From NCBI RefSeq assembly GCF_009914755.1, contig NC_060926.1: a stretch of DNA of 64,000 bases; one strand, given 5' to 3'. The DNA comes from the human T2T-CHM13v2.0 reference genome, Homo sapiens. A program made the translations under genes and the position numbers. Of the stretch, positions 27,031 to 45,564 are shown one piece after another. The notes under the pieces are model-generated. The model did no database searches. It was not told where the DNA came from and saw only the letters and a list, made by a program, of their open reading frames with translations. Within the stretch, counting starts at the first letter, position 1; the number at the start of each line of letters is the position of its first letter.

Positions 27031-27259
27031 TAATTTTTAAATTTTTTGCAGAAAGGGGATCTTACTAGGTTGCTCAGGCTGATTTGAACTCTTGGCCTTA
27101 AGCAATCCTCCTGCCTCAGCCTCCCAAAGTGCTGGGATTACAGGCATGAGCCACCACATCAGGCCTCCAACCATGAATTCGTAAAGTAACTGACCACAAA
27201 ATGTTAGTGCCTAATTACTTGACTAAAATTTTAAATTCTTTTTTTTGTGTGTGAGATAG

Positions 27260-27358
<99 letters not shown>

Positions 27359-27589
27359 TGAGTAGCTGGGACCACAGGCGCGTGCCACCACGTCCAGCTA
27401 GTTTTTTTTTTTTTTTTGGTAGAGATGAGGTTTTACCATGTTGCCCAGGTTGGTCTCAAACTCCTGAGCTCAAGTGATTTACCCACCTCAGCCTCCGAAA
27501 GTGCTGAGATTACAGGAGTGAGCCACCACAACCAGCCTAAAATGTTAAATTCTTAGAAGTAAGCACATGTAGTAAAGCAGAAACAGCCT

Positions 27590-27760
27590 ATTTGTTGTAG
27601 TGGGACATCCAAGCCTTTGAGTTAAAATTCCAATTCAGTTGCTTACTTTGAATGCCCTTGGGCAAGTCATTTAACTCTTCTCTGCCTCTGTTTCCTTGTT
27701 TGTAAAACTAGGGCATTTTCTTCATGGGATTATTGTGGCAGTTAAGGGAAATAATGTACA
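27590..27760 (+). mobile_element. MIR
   Basis: ccttgggcaagtcatttaactcttctctgcctctgtttccttgtttgtaaaa MIR core. Confidence 0.75.
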
Positions 27761-28076
27761 CACACAAACTTTCTGGCTGGTGGGAACTCAGTGCTGCTGA
27801 CCCCACTCAGACAAGCATCAAGTGTTCTGGAGTCCTTCTGGGAGCTCTGTTCCTCTCCAGTTGAATCAACATAACTAAAACTTTCTGTTAACAGAAATTA
27901 TAGGCCCCTTCCCCAAATCTTTTGCACTATTTTGCCATGCTATTCCGTAAACATATTACAATATTTAACTTGTATTAACTGTTATATTGATTATGCTTGT
28001 TTGAACATGAGTCATTTTCTTAATTTGTAAGCAGAGTCCATGTTTTGTAATTTAAAATAAACAACAAAAATTTTAA

Positions 28077-28481
<405 letters not shown>

Positions 28482-29011
28482 TAAAATTCTCCATGTGTGT
28501 ACCTATGTATATATGTATATACAACCACAAGGAAGATTTGGGTTTTTTAATAAAAAGTTTTTAATGTAGAAAAGGCCAGGTACAGTGGCTCATGCCTGTA
28601 ATCCCAGCACGTTGGGAGGTCAAAGAGTGAGGATTGCTTGAGCTCAGGAGTTCAAAACCAGCCTGATACAACATGTGAAACCCAGTCTCTACAAAAAAAG
28701 AGAAAAAAGAAAAAAAATACAAAAACTGCCAGGCATGGGTGTGTGTCTATATTCCTAATTACTCCAGGGGCTGAGATGGGAGGATCACCAGAGCCTGGGA
28801 AGTCCAGGCTGCAGTAAGCCATGATCTCACCACTGTACTCCAGCCTGGGTGACAGAGTGAGACCCTGTCTCAAAAATAAAAAGTTCTTGAGGCCTGGTGT
28901 GGTGGCTCACACCTGTAATCCCAGCACTTTGGGAGGCCAAGGCAGGCAGATCACCTGAGGTCAGGAGTTCGAGACCAGCGTGGTCAACATGGTGAAACCC
29001 AGTCTCTACTA

Positions 29012-29299
<288 letters not shown>

Positions 29300-29976
29300 C
29301 TAGCACCCAGAACCTGACCAAATACAAAGAAAAGTGTGATTCACTGCTTAAATTAAATTAGAACACTTGTGTTAGTAGAGAATAAGCTCAGCCTGGCGCA
29401 GTGGCTCACAGCTGTAATCCTAGCACTTTGGGAGGCTAAGGTAGGAGGACTGCTTGAGCCAAGGAGCCAGAGACAAGCCTGGGTAACATGGGGAGATCCT
29501 GTCTCTACAAAAAAAAAAAAAAAAAAAAAAAATTAATTAATTAAAAAATAAAAATAAAAAAGAGAGTAAGTTAGCTCGGCTCAAAAAAGCCTGGTGAAGA
29601 TGCCTAATTTGGAGTTCAGATTTCACTAGCTTTAGTAAGTAAGAAATCCAACTGCTCTTCATCAGGCAGATGCTAACCACCAATCTACACATAAAGCACT
29701 ACATAATTATCCACATTATATATTTCACAAAATTGTTTCAAATGGCCTTTTATAAATTTAGCTATTTGACTATTTTTATAAATTTCATCTAACCCACTTT
29801 AAGACTAACATCTTAAACTCCACATTTTAAAACTCAAATTAGGCCGGGAACAGTGGCTCACACCTGTAATCCCAGCACTTTGGGAGGCCGAGGCGGGAGG
29901 ATCACAAGATCAGGAGTTTGAGACCAGCCTGGCCAATAAGGTGAAACTCCGTCTTTACTATAAATACAAAAAATTA

Positions 29977-30186
<210 letters not shown>

Positions 30187-31604
30187 TCACTCTCAGATTT
30201 TCACATTTTAATATTGATAATGATAGTTAACATTCTCTTTTCTGTTTTCAATCTCCTAAATCAAGTATTCTTAATCTGAGGTTCATGAACAGCCTTGGTG
30301 TGAACTGCCTATAACTTTATGCAAAATGTTATATGAGTATATAGACACAAAGGGAGCAGATGCATCAAATGTAACGTGAGTATGGCTACACGACCATAAA
30401 TGGGTTAAATGTAACAGTCCCAAATCAAGATACCAGAAAATATCTATAAGGAGAGTAGAAAGGACAAAGAGTAATTCCACTTAAGTACTATTATTATACA
30501 AAGGAAATACATTCAGAGAAATTAAATCCATCATTGTTCTTGGAAAACATGAATTACATAATTCACTGAGTTTCACTGTTGAAGATCACTAGTTTGAGAT
30601 GCAGACTGCACAAAATGCCCTATGTAAAGACCATAGATGGCCAAGTGAGGTGGGTCACACCTGTAATCCCAACACTTTGAGAGGCTCAGGCGGGAGGATC
30701 ACTTGAGCCCAGGTGTTCGAGACCAGCATAGGCAACATAGCGACATCTCATCTCTTAAAAAAAAATTAGCCAGGCATGGTGCCAGTTACTCAGGAGGCTG
30801 AGACAGGAGGATCACTAGAGTACAGGAGGTTGAGACTGCAGTGAGCCATGACTGTGCTACCACCACTCCAGCCTGGGAGACAGAGCTAGATCATGTCTCG
30901 AAAAAAAAAAAAAAAAAAACCATAGCCACGTGGCTGGCACCGAGTAAGTGCTAAATAGCACCTAGTATTATTAAAAAGTGATGTTTCCAAAAGAATGGTC
31001 CCTCTTGTGAATAAAGGCATGCATATTTAACACTACTTGTCCTAATTAGGAAATCTACAAGCATAGAACACAGTAAACTTAACTGGAACCTATCACAACC
31101 TTGGATTTAATAAAGCAGTGTAGGGTGTTCCAGCCAATTGAGCCAACCTGTCACAGAAGTACCAAGGAAAACTATTTCCTACTTCTTCTGTACCCTATCT
31201 CTCACATGTTTCAGTCAGCCAACAAACTAACACTTAGTTCTCTGGCTCCTCAGGACCATTTTTCCCCTGAATATCATTCCACCATTACCCTATTAATAAT
31301 CTGCAACACTCCCAGGGTGGTTCCAAAGAAAGGCCAAGACCTAAATTTTCTTCCCTAAATTACATTCCAGATATCAAAGCAGTAATCTCAGCCCCACCTT
31401 CTATAGGGAAACAAAGGAATAGTCTAATTGCTCCCCTCTCCCTCTAAAGCGGGGGCCGGGGGGGAGTCTGGGCATTTTGCCTAATTCTCAAAGGAAAATT
31501 CCAAAATGTAGTGGCGACAAAGTGGTAAAAAGCTGATAAGCAGCCAAACGTAGTGGCTCACGCCTGTAATCCTAGCACTTTGGGAGACCAAGGCAGGCGG
31601 ATCA

Positions 31605-31865
<261 letters not shown>

Positions 31866-32421
31866 TTAAAATACCTCATGCACTGGCACACTACACCCAT
31901 TTTCAGTTTTTCTTCATCTTAAGACACTCAGCCAAGCGTGGGGCTCATGCCTATAATCCCAGCACTTTGGGAAGCTGAGGCAGGTGGATCTCGAGACCAG
32001 GAATTTGAGACTAGCCTGGGGCAACATATTGAAATCCCATCCCTACAAAAAATACAAAAAAAAAAAAAAAAATTAGCCAGGTGTGGTGGCACGCGCTTGT
32101 ATTCTCAGCTACTCAGGAGGCTGAGGTGGGAGGATCACTGAAACCCGGCTAGGAGTTGGAGGCTATAGTAAGTTATGATTGCATCACTGCACTGTAGCCT
32201 GCGTGACAGAGTAAGACCCTATATCTCAAAAAACAGACACTCAAAGTTGATTAGCAAATTTTTTTTAAATCTCAAAACGTTAAGAAGCATCTTATTTTAC
32301 CCTAAACATGTTCATATATTAGGAAAGTATATAGCTTGCCACAAAAGAAAGCTATTCTGGCCAGACGTGGTGGCTCACGCCTGTAATCTCAGCACTTTGA
32401 GAGGCAGAGGCAGGTGGATCA

Positions 32422-32733
<312 letters not shown>

Positions 32734-32832
32734 TCAAAACTACCCAGAAGAGAAAACACACACACATACACAACACACAGCCAACAGATTGCTATGGAAG
32801 GTGAATATAGCAGGATGTTAGCACATACGTAA

Positions 32833-33060
<228 letters not shown>

Positions 33061-33272
33061 TGACCTCGTGATTCGCCCACCTCGGCCTCCCAAAGTGCTG
33101 GGATTACAGGGCACATACATAAATTATTAAGATTGCTTCCAGAATTAAAAAGACCAAGATACCTGAGAAATAAAATTACTCAGAAAGCAAAATTCCCTTT
33201 AAAAGCCAAGTAGAAGCCAGGCGCGTGGCTCACACAAGTAATCCCAGCAATTTGGCTGAGGTGGGTGGATCA

Positions 33273-33551
<279 letters not shown>

Positions 33552-34085
33552 TTAAGACAACGTTAAAAAAAAAAACTAAACTAAAATATTTGATGGTTAA
33601 AAACTGTCTAACATCCCTCATTTTAACTTAATTTGATTAAAGGGGGAAATTTTTATTTTTTATTTTTTTGAGACAGAATCTCACTCTGTCACCCAGGCTG
33701 GAGTGCAGTGGCCAATCTTGGCTCACGGCAACCTCTTTTTCCCAGATTCAAGCGATTCTCTTGTCTCAGCCTCCTCAGTAGCTTGGGACTACAAGCGCAC
33801 ACCACCACGCCTAGCTAATTTGGTGTTTTTAGTAGAGGCAGGGTTTCACCACATTGGCCAGGCCGGTCTAGAACTGACCTCAAGTGATCTGCCTGCCTCG
33901 GCCTCCCAAACTGCTATTACAGGCGTGAGACACCTCGCCCAGCCAAAAGCGGGAAATTTTTTAATGCAAAATTTCAGGCTGGACATGGTGGCCCACCCAG
34001 TGCTTTGGAAGGATCGCTTGAGGCCAGGAGTTTGAGACCAGCCTGCACAACATAGGAGGCACAGTCGCTACAAAAAAATTTTTAA

Positions 34086-34379
<294 letters not shown>

Positions 34380-35312
34380 TGATTATAGGCATGAGCCACT
34401 GTGCCAGGCCTCAGTTCTTATCTTTAAATGATCCTACAAGATTATCTCATCATCTCATTCACACAAAATTCTCAATATATATATTTTAAAGGTTTTATAC
34501 AACTACTGAATACTTAAATTACCGGAAGAATTACAGATGGTGATATTCTATAGACATTTAAAAAATCATATTCTGGACAATGAGAATACTAGTTATCTTT
34601 CTTCTTTAAACTTTTCTGAGTTTTTCAAACCACCACCAAAAGTCACAAAGACAACCTGCTTTCACTTTCAAACACTTAAGTTTTGTTAAAAATTATTTGA
34701 AACACAATGCAAGCAAAAAAAAAAAAAAAGGTCAAATGTTTCTTGAGTATAACATGAAAGAAGAGCAAAGTCTGAAAGACTGATAACATTTTCAGAGATT
34801 CTGGAGCCATGATATACTTAAGGGGATGGGGGCTAAAAATAAGGTAAATACTTTAAACTTTTTCTGCATTAAAGAATTATAGTTGATCTAAGTAGACTAC
34901 TATATTTCTTCCTACTATAGTTAGCTGGTATACTGAAGACAGGTAGACATGCTTTATTCTTAACACATTCCTTAAAGATGAACCAATCAAAATTATTTTC
35001 TTGACACTAAAAAAATCCACTGGAAGCCAGTGGATTATGAAAAATGTTATGAGAATAATCACGAGAATAATGTTAAGTATTTCTTTCTTTTTTTTTTTTT
35101 TTTTTTGAGGAGTCTCACTCTGTCCCTCAGGCTGGAGTGCAGTGGCATGATCTGGACTCACTGCAGCCTCCGCCTCCCAGGTTCAAGTGACTCTCCTGCC
35201 TCAGGTTCCTGAGTAGCTGGAATTACAGGCGTGCACCACCACACCCAGCTAATTTTTGTATTTTTAGTAGAGGCAGTGTCTCATCATGTTGGCCAGGCTG
35301 GTCATGACCTCA

Positions 35313-35408
<96 letters not shown>

Positions 35409-35431
35409 TCACTGCCTGCTTCAAAACGTAG

Positions 35432-35749
<318 letters not shown>

Positions 35750-35836
35750 TGAACTCCTGACCTTAGGTGATCCACCTGCTTCAGCCTGATCAACATTAGA
35801 GATGGCTGGGTACTCTATACAAAAATTAGCTGGTTA

Positions 35837-36037
<201 letters not shown>

Positions 36038-37307
36038 TCACGCCTGTAATCCCAACACTTTGGGAGGCCAAGGCCCGGGCGACAGAGCAAGATTCCGTCT
36101 CAAAAAAAAAACAAAACAAACAAAAAAAGTAATACAGCTACCAACTCTTATGTAAACCAATATAAATCTAAAAATTCTGTTGCTTCAGAATCTTTTTTCT
36201 CAAGATCCCATTTTCACTACCAAATTTAGCAGAACCCATTAACAAAGATTATAAATTTCTAAAAGAAACAATATAAATTGGTAATGATAAACCAAAGTAA
36301 CTTAAGGAACATCTGGAGTACATTTGTAAACATTAGCTAATATACCATTGTTAGTTATTAAGATAACATACTGGAAGCAGGAAAAGCATCCACCCATTAA
36401 AGTTTTAATTGAAGAGAAAGCAAGACTTTGGAGTTTGGAACAAGATGTTAAAAACGAATGAGCTTGTATTTGCGTGATAAAACACTAAAGAACTTTTCTT
36501 TCTTTCCTTTATTTTCCAAATTTTCTCTAATTACTTTTATAAAGATAACAAGCTTCATTAAAACAAAAAGAAACTGCTTAAGTCAGATTACTAAAAATCT
36601 GATTGCTCACTGCCCTTGTGACCTCCCCTAATAAAATATCCCTCACTTCCTCTCACCCTAAGTAATTTTCACTAACACTTTTGCAAAGGTTTTCTCAAAT
36701 TCCTGTATTATTTTACTAAACAGTCTAGAATACAAATATAGTAGGCCAGATACCCATGTATTTGATCCCAGAAAAAATATAAAAACTGTTTCTGGGTTTG
36801 ATCCCTTTGAGGTCATTAGTCTTCAAAAGAAAGGATGATTTGACACCGTATTTACTTATTAATTACTGTCCTTGTCATTTATGAGCCATTCCTCCTTCTT
36901 CTCCCCCTTGAAAATTCCTAGTCACTCCCTCTGTTCCTCCAAATCTAATTGCTGATAAATCCCTTTCAGGTCTCTCTTCTATAAAGTCTTCCAAAACCCA
37001 GATAGCCAACCACAACCCACCATCCCCCTGAAATCTTGTTGCTCTCATCCATGCCACACATCTGGAATTTGCTATATCTACTGGTATTTGACATGTATAA
37101 AATCTATTTCTGCCGGGCGCGGTGGCTCACGCCTGTAATCCCAACACTTTGGGAAGCTGAGGCGGGCGGATCACTTCGGGAGTTTGAGACCAGCCTGACC
37201 AACATGGAGAAACCCCGTCTCTACCAAAAATACAAAATTAGCCGGGAGTGGTGGCACATGCCTGTAATCCCAACTTCTCGGGAATCTGAGGCAGGAGAAT
37301 CACTTGA

Positions 37308-37670
<363 letters not shown>

Positions 37671-39555
37671 TGAGGTGAGCCACCGCGCCTGGCCTATATC
37701 TAAACTTCTTAAGCGCAAGGATTATATTCCTAAATCCTGGTACTAATAGAATGCCTTTCATGAAAATGATGCATACCACCTGAAGAATGCTCACACGGTT
37801 TTTCAAATTCTTTTATATACATTTGAATTTCACCACTACCCTGACAGGAATAATGACTCCAATTATCCTATTTTACAAAAGGGAAAAAAAATTCAGAGGC
37901 TGAGTAACTTGTCAAAGTTCTCAACTAATCTTGAAGATTTATTTACACTAATAAACATATATATAGCAAATTCAGAAAATTTCCTGAACAGTAGAGGTCT
38001 ATAAACCTCGATAAAGCAGTAAATCCATGTTCTTTATTGTTACCAAGAAAACTACTAAATTAAGAACCTCAAGTTCACCTCCGTTCAACTGTGCAAAACC
38101 AACTTTGTCCTTGGAGCCCTTGAAAAAAAATTTTTTTTAAACTGTCAACACAGCAAATGTCACTACAAGAACACTACCCTCAACTTCTAAAGCATGAAAT
38201 TCTAATAAAATACTACGGTTTCTGTTTAGTGCAAAAGATTTCAGCTTCAAGCCACACTATTACAAAACTTGTAAGCATTTTGCAAGAGCCATGTGACACA
38301 CATATGACAGTCAGCTAAACTGGTGGGTGGACCTTTTAGGGGAAAATGTCTAGCAGTAATTGACCAAACCAGCAAATAAACTCAACTTTTACAACAAATA
38401 CTGATTTTCCCCCATCCCTCAAAGGCCTTTGACACTGAAAAGGAATACCAATTCGGTCTCTTCCAATTATTCATTACTTTACATGCATGTAAACTGTAGA
38501 GGAAATTTTTAAAGGGCCATTGAGGAGAGCCCAACAAACTCTACCCAAGGGAAGTGAACACCAGTTCCCAGGAAAGGTGCCAGGTGTGTCACATCTGCTG
38601 TGGTGACTTCTTGAGTAAGCAAGAAAAAGAAATGCATTAACTTTTCATGACACGTCATGGAACCTCATTCCCTATCTGCAAGCATCCAAGCAGGTAATCC
38701 AAAACCTACATACAGATCTATCATAGGTCCCGTTCGTTTCTCTTTCAACTTGACAGCAAGCTTCCTTTAATCTGCGAGTATCAAAAAGACATTTCTTGGC
38801 TTTAGTTTTTTTTTTTTCCCTTGACCCACAGAAGACAAAATGACTTAGGTGTCCTCTTTAAAAAAAAAAAAAAAACAAAATTCTCACAAATGCCCAGGTT
38901 TTTATAGGAGGGCAATGGACCCGGCGAGCTCTTAAACAACTCCTCCAAGACACAACTCAAAAAGAGAACTAATAAATGTTCAGTTGCTTCTCACCATCTA
39001 CTCATTCCCCTCAATCCCACGCAGTCCCGAAAAGCATCCATATTACCTGAAACCTGGCGGGGAGGATGGAAGGAGAGAGAGCCAACAAGCTCAGGATTTA
39101 CAAGTAAAGCTGGTTTCTACCCCGAAGATCCTGACAGCTCCGCAGAGTGCGGGCGCAGGGTCTGACAGTGCCCTCTAGAAGGGCTCTCCCACCCCATCCC
39201 CTCCCCTTAGAGACAAGTCCTCCTTCAAAAGTCACTGCCTCCGAGAGAAGATACCCCTTCACACCGCCCCAGGCCCCTCGGCAGGCTTCCTCAGCACCCG
39301 CCCCGCAGTCAGGCCCTCTAACCTGACCCGGTCCAGGCCCGGGCGGCTCACCCCTCCGGCCCGACCCCTCCCCCGCGCGGCCGCCCCTCCGCGTCAGACA
39401 ATGGGGCCCGACTCCCGGCCGCCAGCCTCTCCTGACCCATCACCCTCGCCTCACCCCAGCCGATGCCCCGACTTCTGCCCCAACCCTCCTCGACCCCTTT
39501 AAGATCCCCCAAGCTGGCCCACGGACCCAGCCGACCGGTGCTCTCCTGAACTCAC

Positions 39556-39578
39556 TATTCGGGATTCATGCTGGACAT
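39556..39578 (-). CDS. RAB1A: RAB1A exon 1 coding part (ATG TCC AGC ATG AAT CCC GAA TA = MSSMNPE(Y))
   Basis: The MSSMNPEY N-terminus distinguishes RAB1A from RAB1B (MNPEY). Donor TA|gtgagt at 39555-39550, inside a CpG island. Confidence 0.97.
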
Positions 39579-39790
39579 GTCACTGCAGCTGCCGCCGCCG
39601 CCACCGCCGCCCTTGCTGCCGCAGCCGCCGCCCTGACTCTCCGCGCCACGGGTAATCGAAAGAAAGGAATGAGATAGGCTGTTCCGGGAGAGCAAACGTC
39701 TTCCCCTACTCCGTCCCCTAGAACACAATCAGCAGCCGCCGCCACTCAGCTATCGCTTCCACCCAAAATGGCCGCCGGCGAACCAGGAAA
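39579..39790 (-). other. RAB1A: RAB1A 5' UTR (exon 1; TSS position approximate), GC-rich with GGC repeats and no upstream AUG
   Basis: Contiguous with the start codon; no 'cat' on the + strand in this interval. The 5' end is inferred from the YY1-like motif. Confidence 0.75.
39764..39776 (-). promoter_or_regulatory. YY1-type motif near the TSS (GGCGGCCATTTTG on the transcribed strand)
   Basis: CAAAATGGCCGCC on +; matches the CCATNTT YY1 core typically found just downstream of housekeeping-gene TSSs. Confidence 0.65.
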
Positions 39791-40077
39791 TAGGGAAGCC
39801 TTAGACCGAGGGGCCTTTACACGGCCCAGAGGGCGGCCGCACCGCCTGGCATGCCGGGAAAGGGAGTCGCGAGCGCGGCTACGCGAGCTGAGGACAGACA
39901 GTGCGACGCAAGGCCAGGACTCAGCTTCCCGCCAAGCGCCGCGCCTCTGGGGCATGCGTACCTGAAGGGTTGTCGCCCGCCCCATTCCCCACTCCCTCAC
40001 CTCCCCACCCTCGGCCCCTCCCTGCTCCCCTCCCCTCTGACTCGCTGGCTAGGACTTCGCTCGGACTCCCCCTGGCG

Positions 40078-40086
40078 GATTGGCTA
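40078..40086 (-). promoter_or_regulatory. CCAAT box (NF-Y), TAGCCAATC
   Basis: GATTGGCTA on +, within the CpG island about 300 bp upstream of the inferred TSS. Confidence 0.55.
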
Positions 40087-40103
40087 AGGCCGAGCTGCCC
40101 TAG

Positions 40104-40127
40104 TGATGTCATCAGTGAGACGTGGCA
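40104..40127. promoter_or_regulatory. CRE/ATF-like TGATGTCA plus GACGTGGCA (XBP1/CREB3-type; contains the GASE core ACGTGGC)
   Basis: Motifs read directly from the sequence; function is inferred. Confidence 0.45.
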
Positions 40128-41461
40128 GCCGGGCGAGTCAGCGCCCCACGGGGGAGGGGGCGGAGAGGGGCGGAGGGTGGTGCCGGCGGCCGACGGAGGC
40201 TGGGGGTCGGGGGAGGCAAGGGACCGGGGGGAGTGGTCAAACCGGAGGGACTGCCGGGGGTGCGGGGGCGGGGAGGGGGCCGGGGTACGAGCGTGTCGGC
40301 TCCTGCCTCCGTTGCGGCTGTTGCTGACCTGACCAGCTTGAGGCTTGCGCCACCCTGGTGGCGCTGGTTGGGGGCTGGTAGGAGGACGTCCGCTCTAAGA
40401 ACAGAAGGGAAGTCAAGGGGCTCCCTGGACGGCACGGAGCGGTTCTTCTCGTCACTCACCCATCCCCACCTGGGTTCGGTCATCGTCCATTGTTGGCCCC
40501 GCGCACTACCATTTTCTTCTTAGATTTCTTCCCATTCTTACTGTGCCCCGCTCTTAACTCGTCAGCCTGGCTATTGCAGTAGTCTCCAAATGGACTCTAC
40601 CTCTCTCTCTCCTCTCCGCCCCAGCCCATTTGCACACACAGTCGGATGTATCTTTCTGAGACAGCACCTGCATCGTGACCCCACAACCTTCAATGGCTCC
40701 ACATCCCATGGATGGGAGGGACACAGCCCAGAGCCAGCCTAAAATCCAATTCCTACCTTCGTCCCGGCCTTCAGGTTGAATTGTAATGTATTATCTTTTA
40801 GTTGCTACTAACCCTGAGCCATTCTGCAAGACTGGAAAATAATAAGCAATAAAAATAGGCAATTCATCACTATATAGTGCCTACAATTTCTGGGAGTAAT
40901 ATTAACTCATTTTTAAAAAACCTATGGCCTTAACAGCTCTCTTTAATCAGCTCAGGAATTTAAATCTCCGCTAAACTTTAACACATTATCTTGAGTTATT
41001 TAATTACAAAGGGCATAGTGTAATACATTGTCCAAAGTTTATCTTCCAACTTCTAAGAACTAAGAAAATTGTCTCCTGAGACTTACTGCAGAATCACTTT
41101 AAATTCCTACAACGCCAAAATATAGAAAGAAGGCACTTATTTCTACCCATACACTAATTACACCCCTTAGCCCTCAAATTCTGCCATGGGCCTTAGTTGA
41201 TGAACTTATCAAAAGTTACCCGAGTTTGGTTTCTGAAATGAACATGTTGGTTTCTGAAATGAACACGGTCACTACCCCAGGAATACCCTGAATGGTTCAG
41301 TAATAGGCACCAAAAAGTGTTCGTTACCCTGGACTCTAAAGCCCATTAAAAAAAAAAAAAAAAGCTTATTTTGATTTCAAATAAAAACTCAGAAAACTGG
41401 CCAGGCTCGGTGGCTCATGCCTGTAATCTCAGGAATTTGAGAGGCCAAAACGGACAGATCA

Positions 41462-41713
<252 letters not shown>

Positions 41714-41725
41714 TCACTAGTAAAG

Positions 41726-41726
<1 letters not shown>

Positions 41727-41764
<38 letters not shown>
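41727..41764. repeat. (CA)19 microsatellite
   Basis: Perfect CA run read directly. Confidence 0.97.
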
Positions 41765-41767
<3 letters not shown>

Positions 41768-42328
41768 AAAAAACCCTCAGAAAACTGTCCAGAACTCGTC
41801 CTCAGCCAAAAATACAATCTGTCCTCCCCTGGGAAGTATACTCCCAAACTTCCTTTAATTAACTATTTTCTTTCCCAACAAAGAATTACCCCCTGCCAGG
41901 CGCAGTGGCTCACGCCTGTAATCCCAACACTTTGGGAGGCCAAGGCGGGCAGATTATGAGGTCAGGAGATCGAGACCATCCTGGCCAACATGGTGAAACC
42001 CCGTCTCTGCTAAAAATACAAAAATTAGCTGGGCGTGGTGGCGTGTGGCACGTGAGATTACAGAATCTCAGCTACTCGGGAGGCTGAGGCAGGAGAATGG
42101 CTTGAACCAGGGAGTCAGAGGTTGTAGTGAGCCGAGATCGCGCCACTGCACTCCAGCCTGGCAACAGAGCGAGACTCAGTCTCAACAACAACCACCAAAA
42201 AAAAAAAAATTACCTCCTAGTAGCTTTTAATCTAAGTGACAGGATAGCTGTAAGCGTTGAATAAACACAATGTAAAGCATATAGTACAATGGCTTTGGGA
42301 CCCTTGGTAAATGTTAATTACTTTTCTC

Positions 42329-43789
<1,461 letters not shown>

Positions 43790-44749
43790 TCTACTTCTCT
43801 CAGCTTCTCTGAAAGTCTTAAGTGTACCTGCTGTGTACCAAGGACAGAAAGCCTCATAGCTTAGCTTCCGTGTTGTAGAATATTATGCGAAGAGGTCAGA
43901 GGCAGCTTAGCCTGGGAATGGTAGGTGGGTGTTTTCTACCCCCACTGAAATTTATGTGCAATTACATTAAGACTTCCTTTCCAAATTTAAAGTGGCTAAA
44001 AATTAAACTTTTTAAAAGTTTTGCTGACTCAAACTTTAATATATATATTTTCGTGTGTGTTTTTTTGTTGTTGTTGTTGTTGTTGTTTTGAGATGGAGTC
44101 TCACTCTGTCTCCCAGGCTGGAGTGCAGTGGCACGATCTCAGCTCACTGCAACCTCCCCTCTCCCGGGTTCAAGCTGTTCCCTGGCTTCAACCTCCCGAG
44201 TGGCTAGGATTACAGGTGCGCACCACCACATCCAGCTAATTTATTGTATTTTTAGTAGAGACCAGACGGGCTTTCACCATGTTGGCCAGGCTGGTCTCGA
44301 ACACCTGACCTCAGGGGGTCAGCCCGTCTCAGCCTTCCAAAGTGCTGGGATTACAGGCGTGAGCTCCTGCGCCCAGCTCAAATTTTAATATATATTTTAT
44401 GTTTAGGTTTTTAGAAGTAGTTACATTTCTAGCTCAAGTGAATAACTCAGAATCTAATTCATTAAACTAGTGTGAGCCTTGTTGGCTGCCCTATTGTTGA
44501 ATCAGAATTATCCTAGGGCTGTTTGTCCATTTGTTCATTAGCTTGCTTTTTTCTTTCTTTTTAAAAGTTTTTTCTTCCTTCCTTTTCCTTTTCCTCCCTC
44601 CTGCTTTTATCAAATGTTTATGACCTGACACATAGTAAATGTGTTTTGTACTTGTGTTTGGAACAGTGAGGAAGATAAAGATAAATTATTACAGCTTTCT
44701 GTCTTCAATGAAATTAAGATCCAGCAGGAGAAAGATAAGAACACAGAGA

Positions 44750-45564
<815 letters not shown>

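Larger units (their letters stand above)
39150..40510. promoter_or_regulatory. CpG-island promoter of RAB1A (GC boxes, no obvious TATA)
   Basis: Abrupt rise in GC and CpG content against AT-rich flanks; multiple GGGGCGG/CCGCCC sites; surrounds exon 1. Confidence 0.93.

Noticed and set aside
35014-35036. Perfect 10-bp hairpin AATCCACTGG-aag-CCAGTGGATT
   Set aside because: Isolated and short, so plausible by chance in 64 kb; there is no supporting context.
40079-40125. Canonical ERSE or ERSE-II
   Set aside because: CCAAT and CCACG are present, but the order and spacing do not fit CCAAT-N9-CCACG or ATTGG-N-CCACG.
39746-40523. Overlapping 65-143 aa ORFs across the CpG island
   Set aside because: Long ORFs are expected in stop-poor GC-rich DNA; the products are low-complexity G/R/P/A with no recognisable domain.
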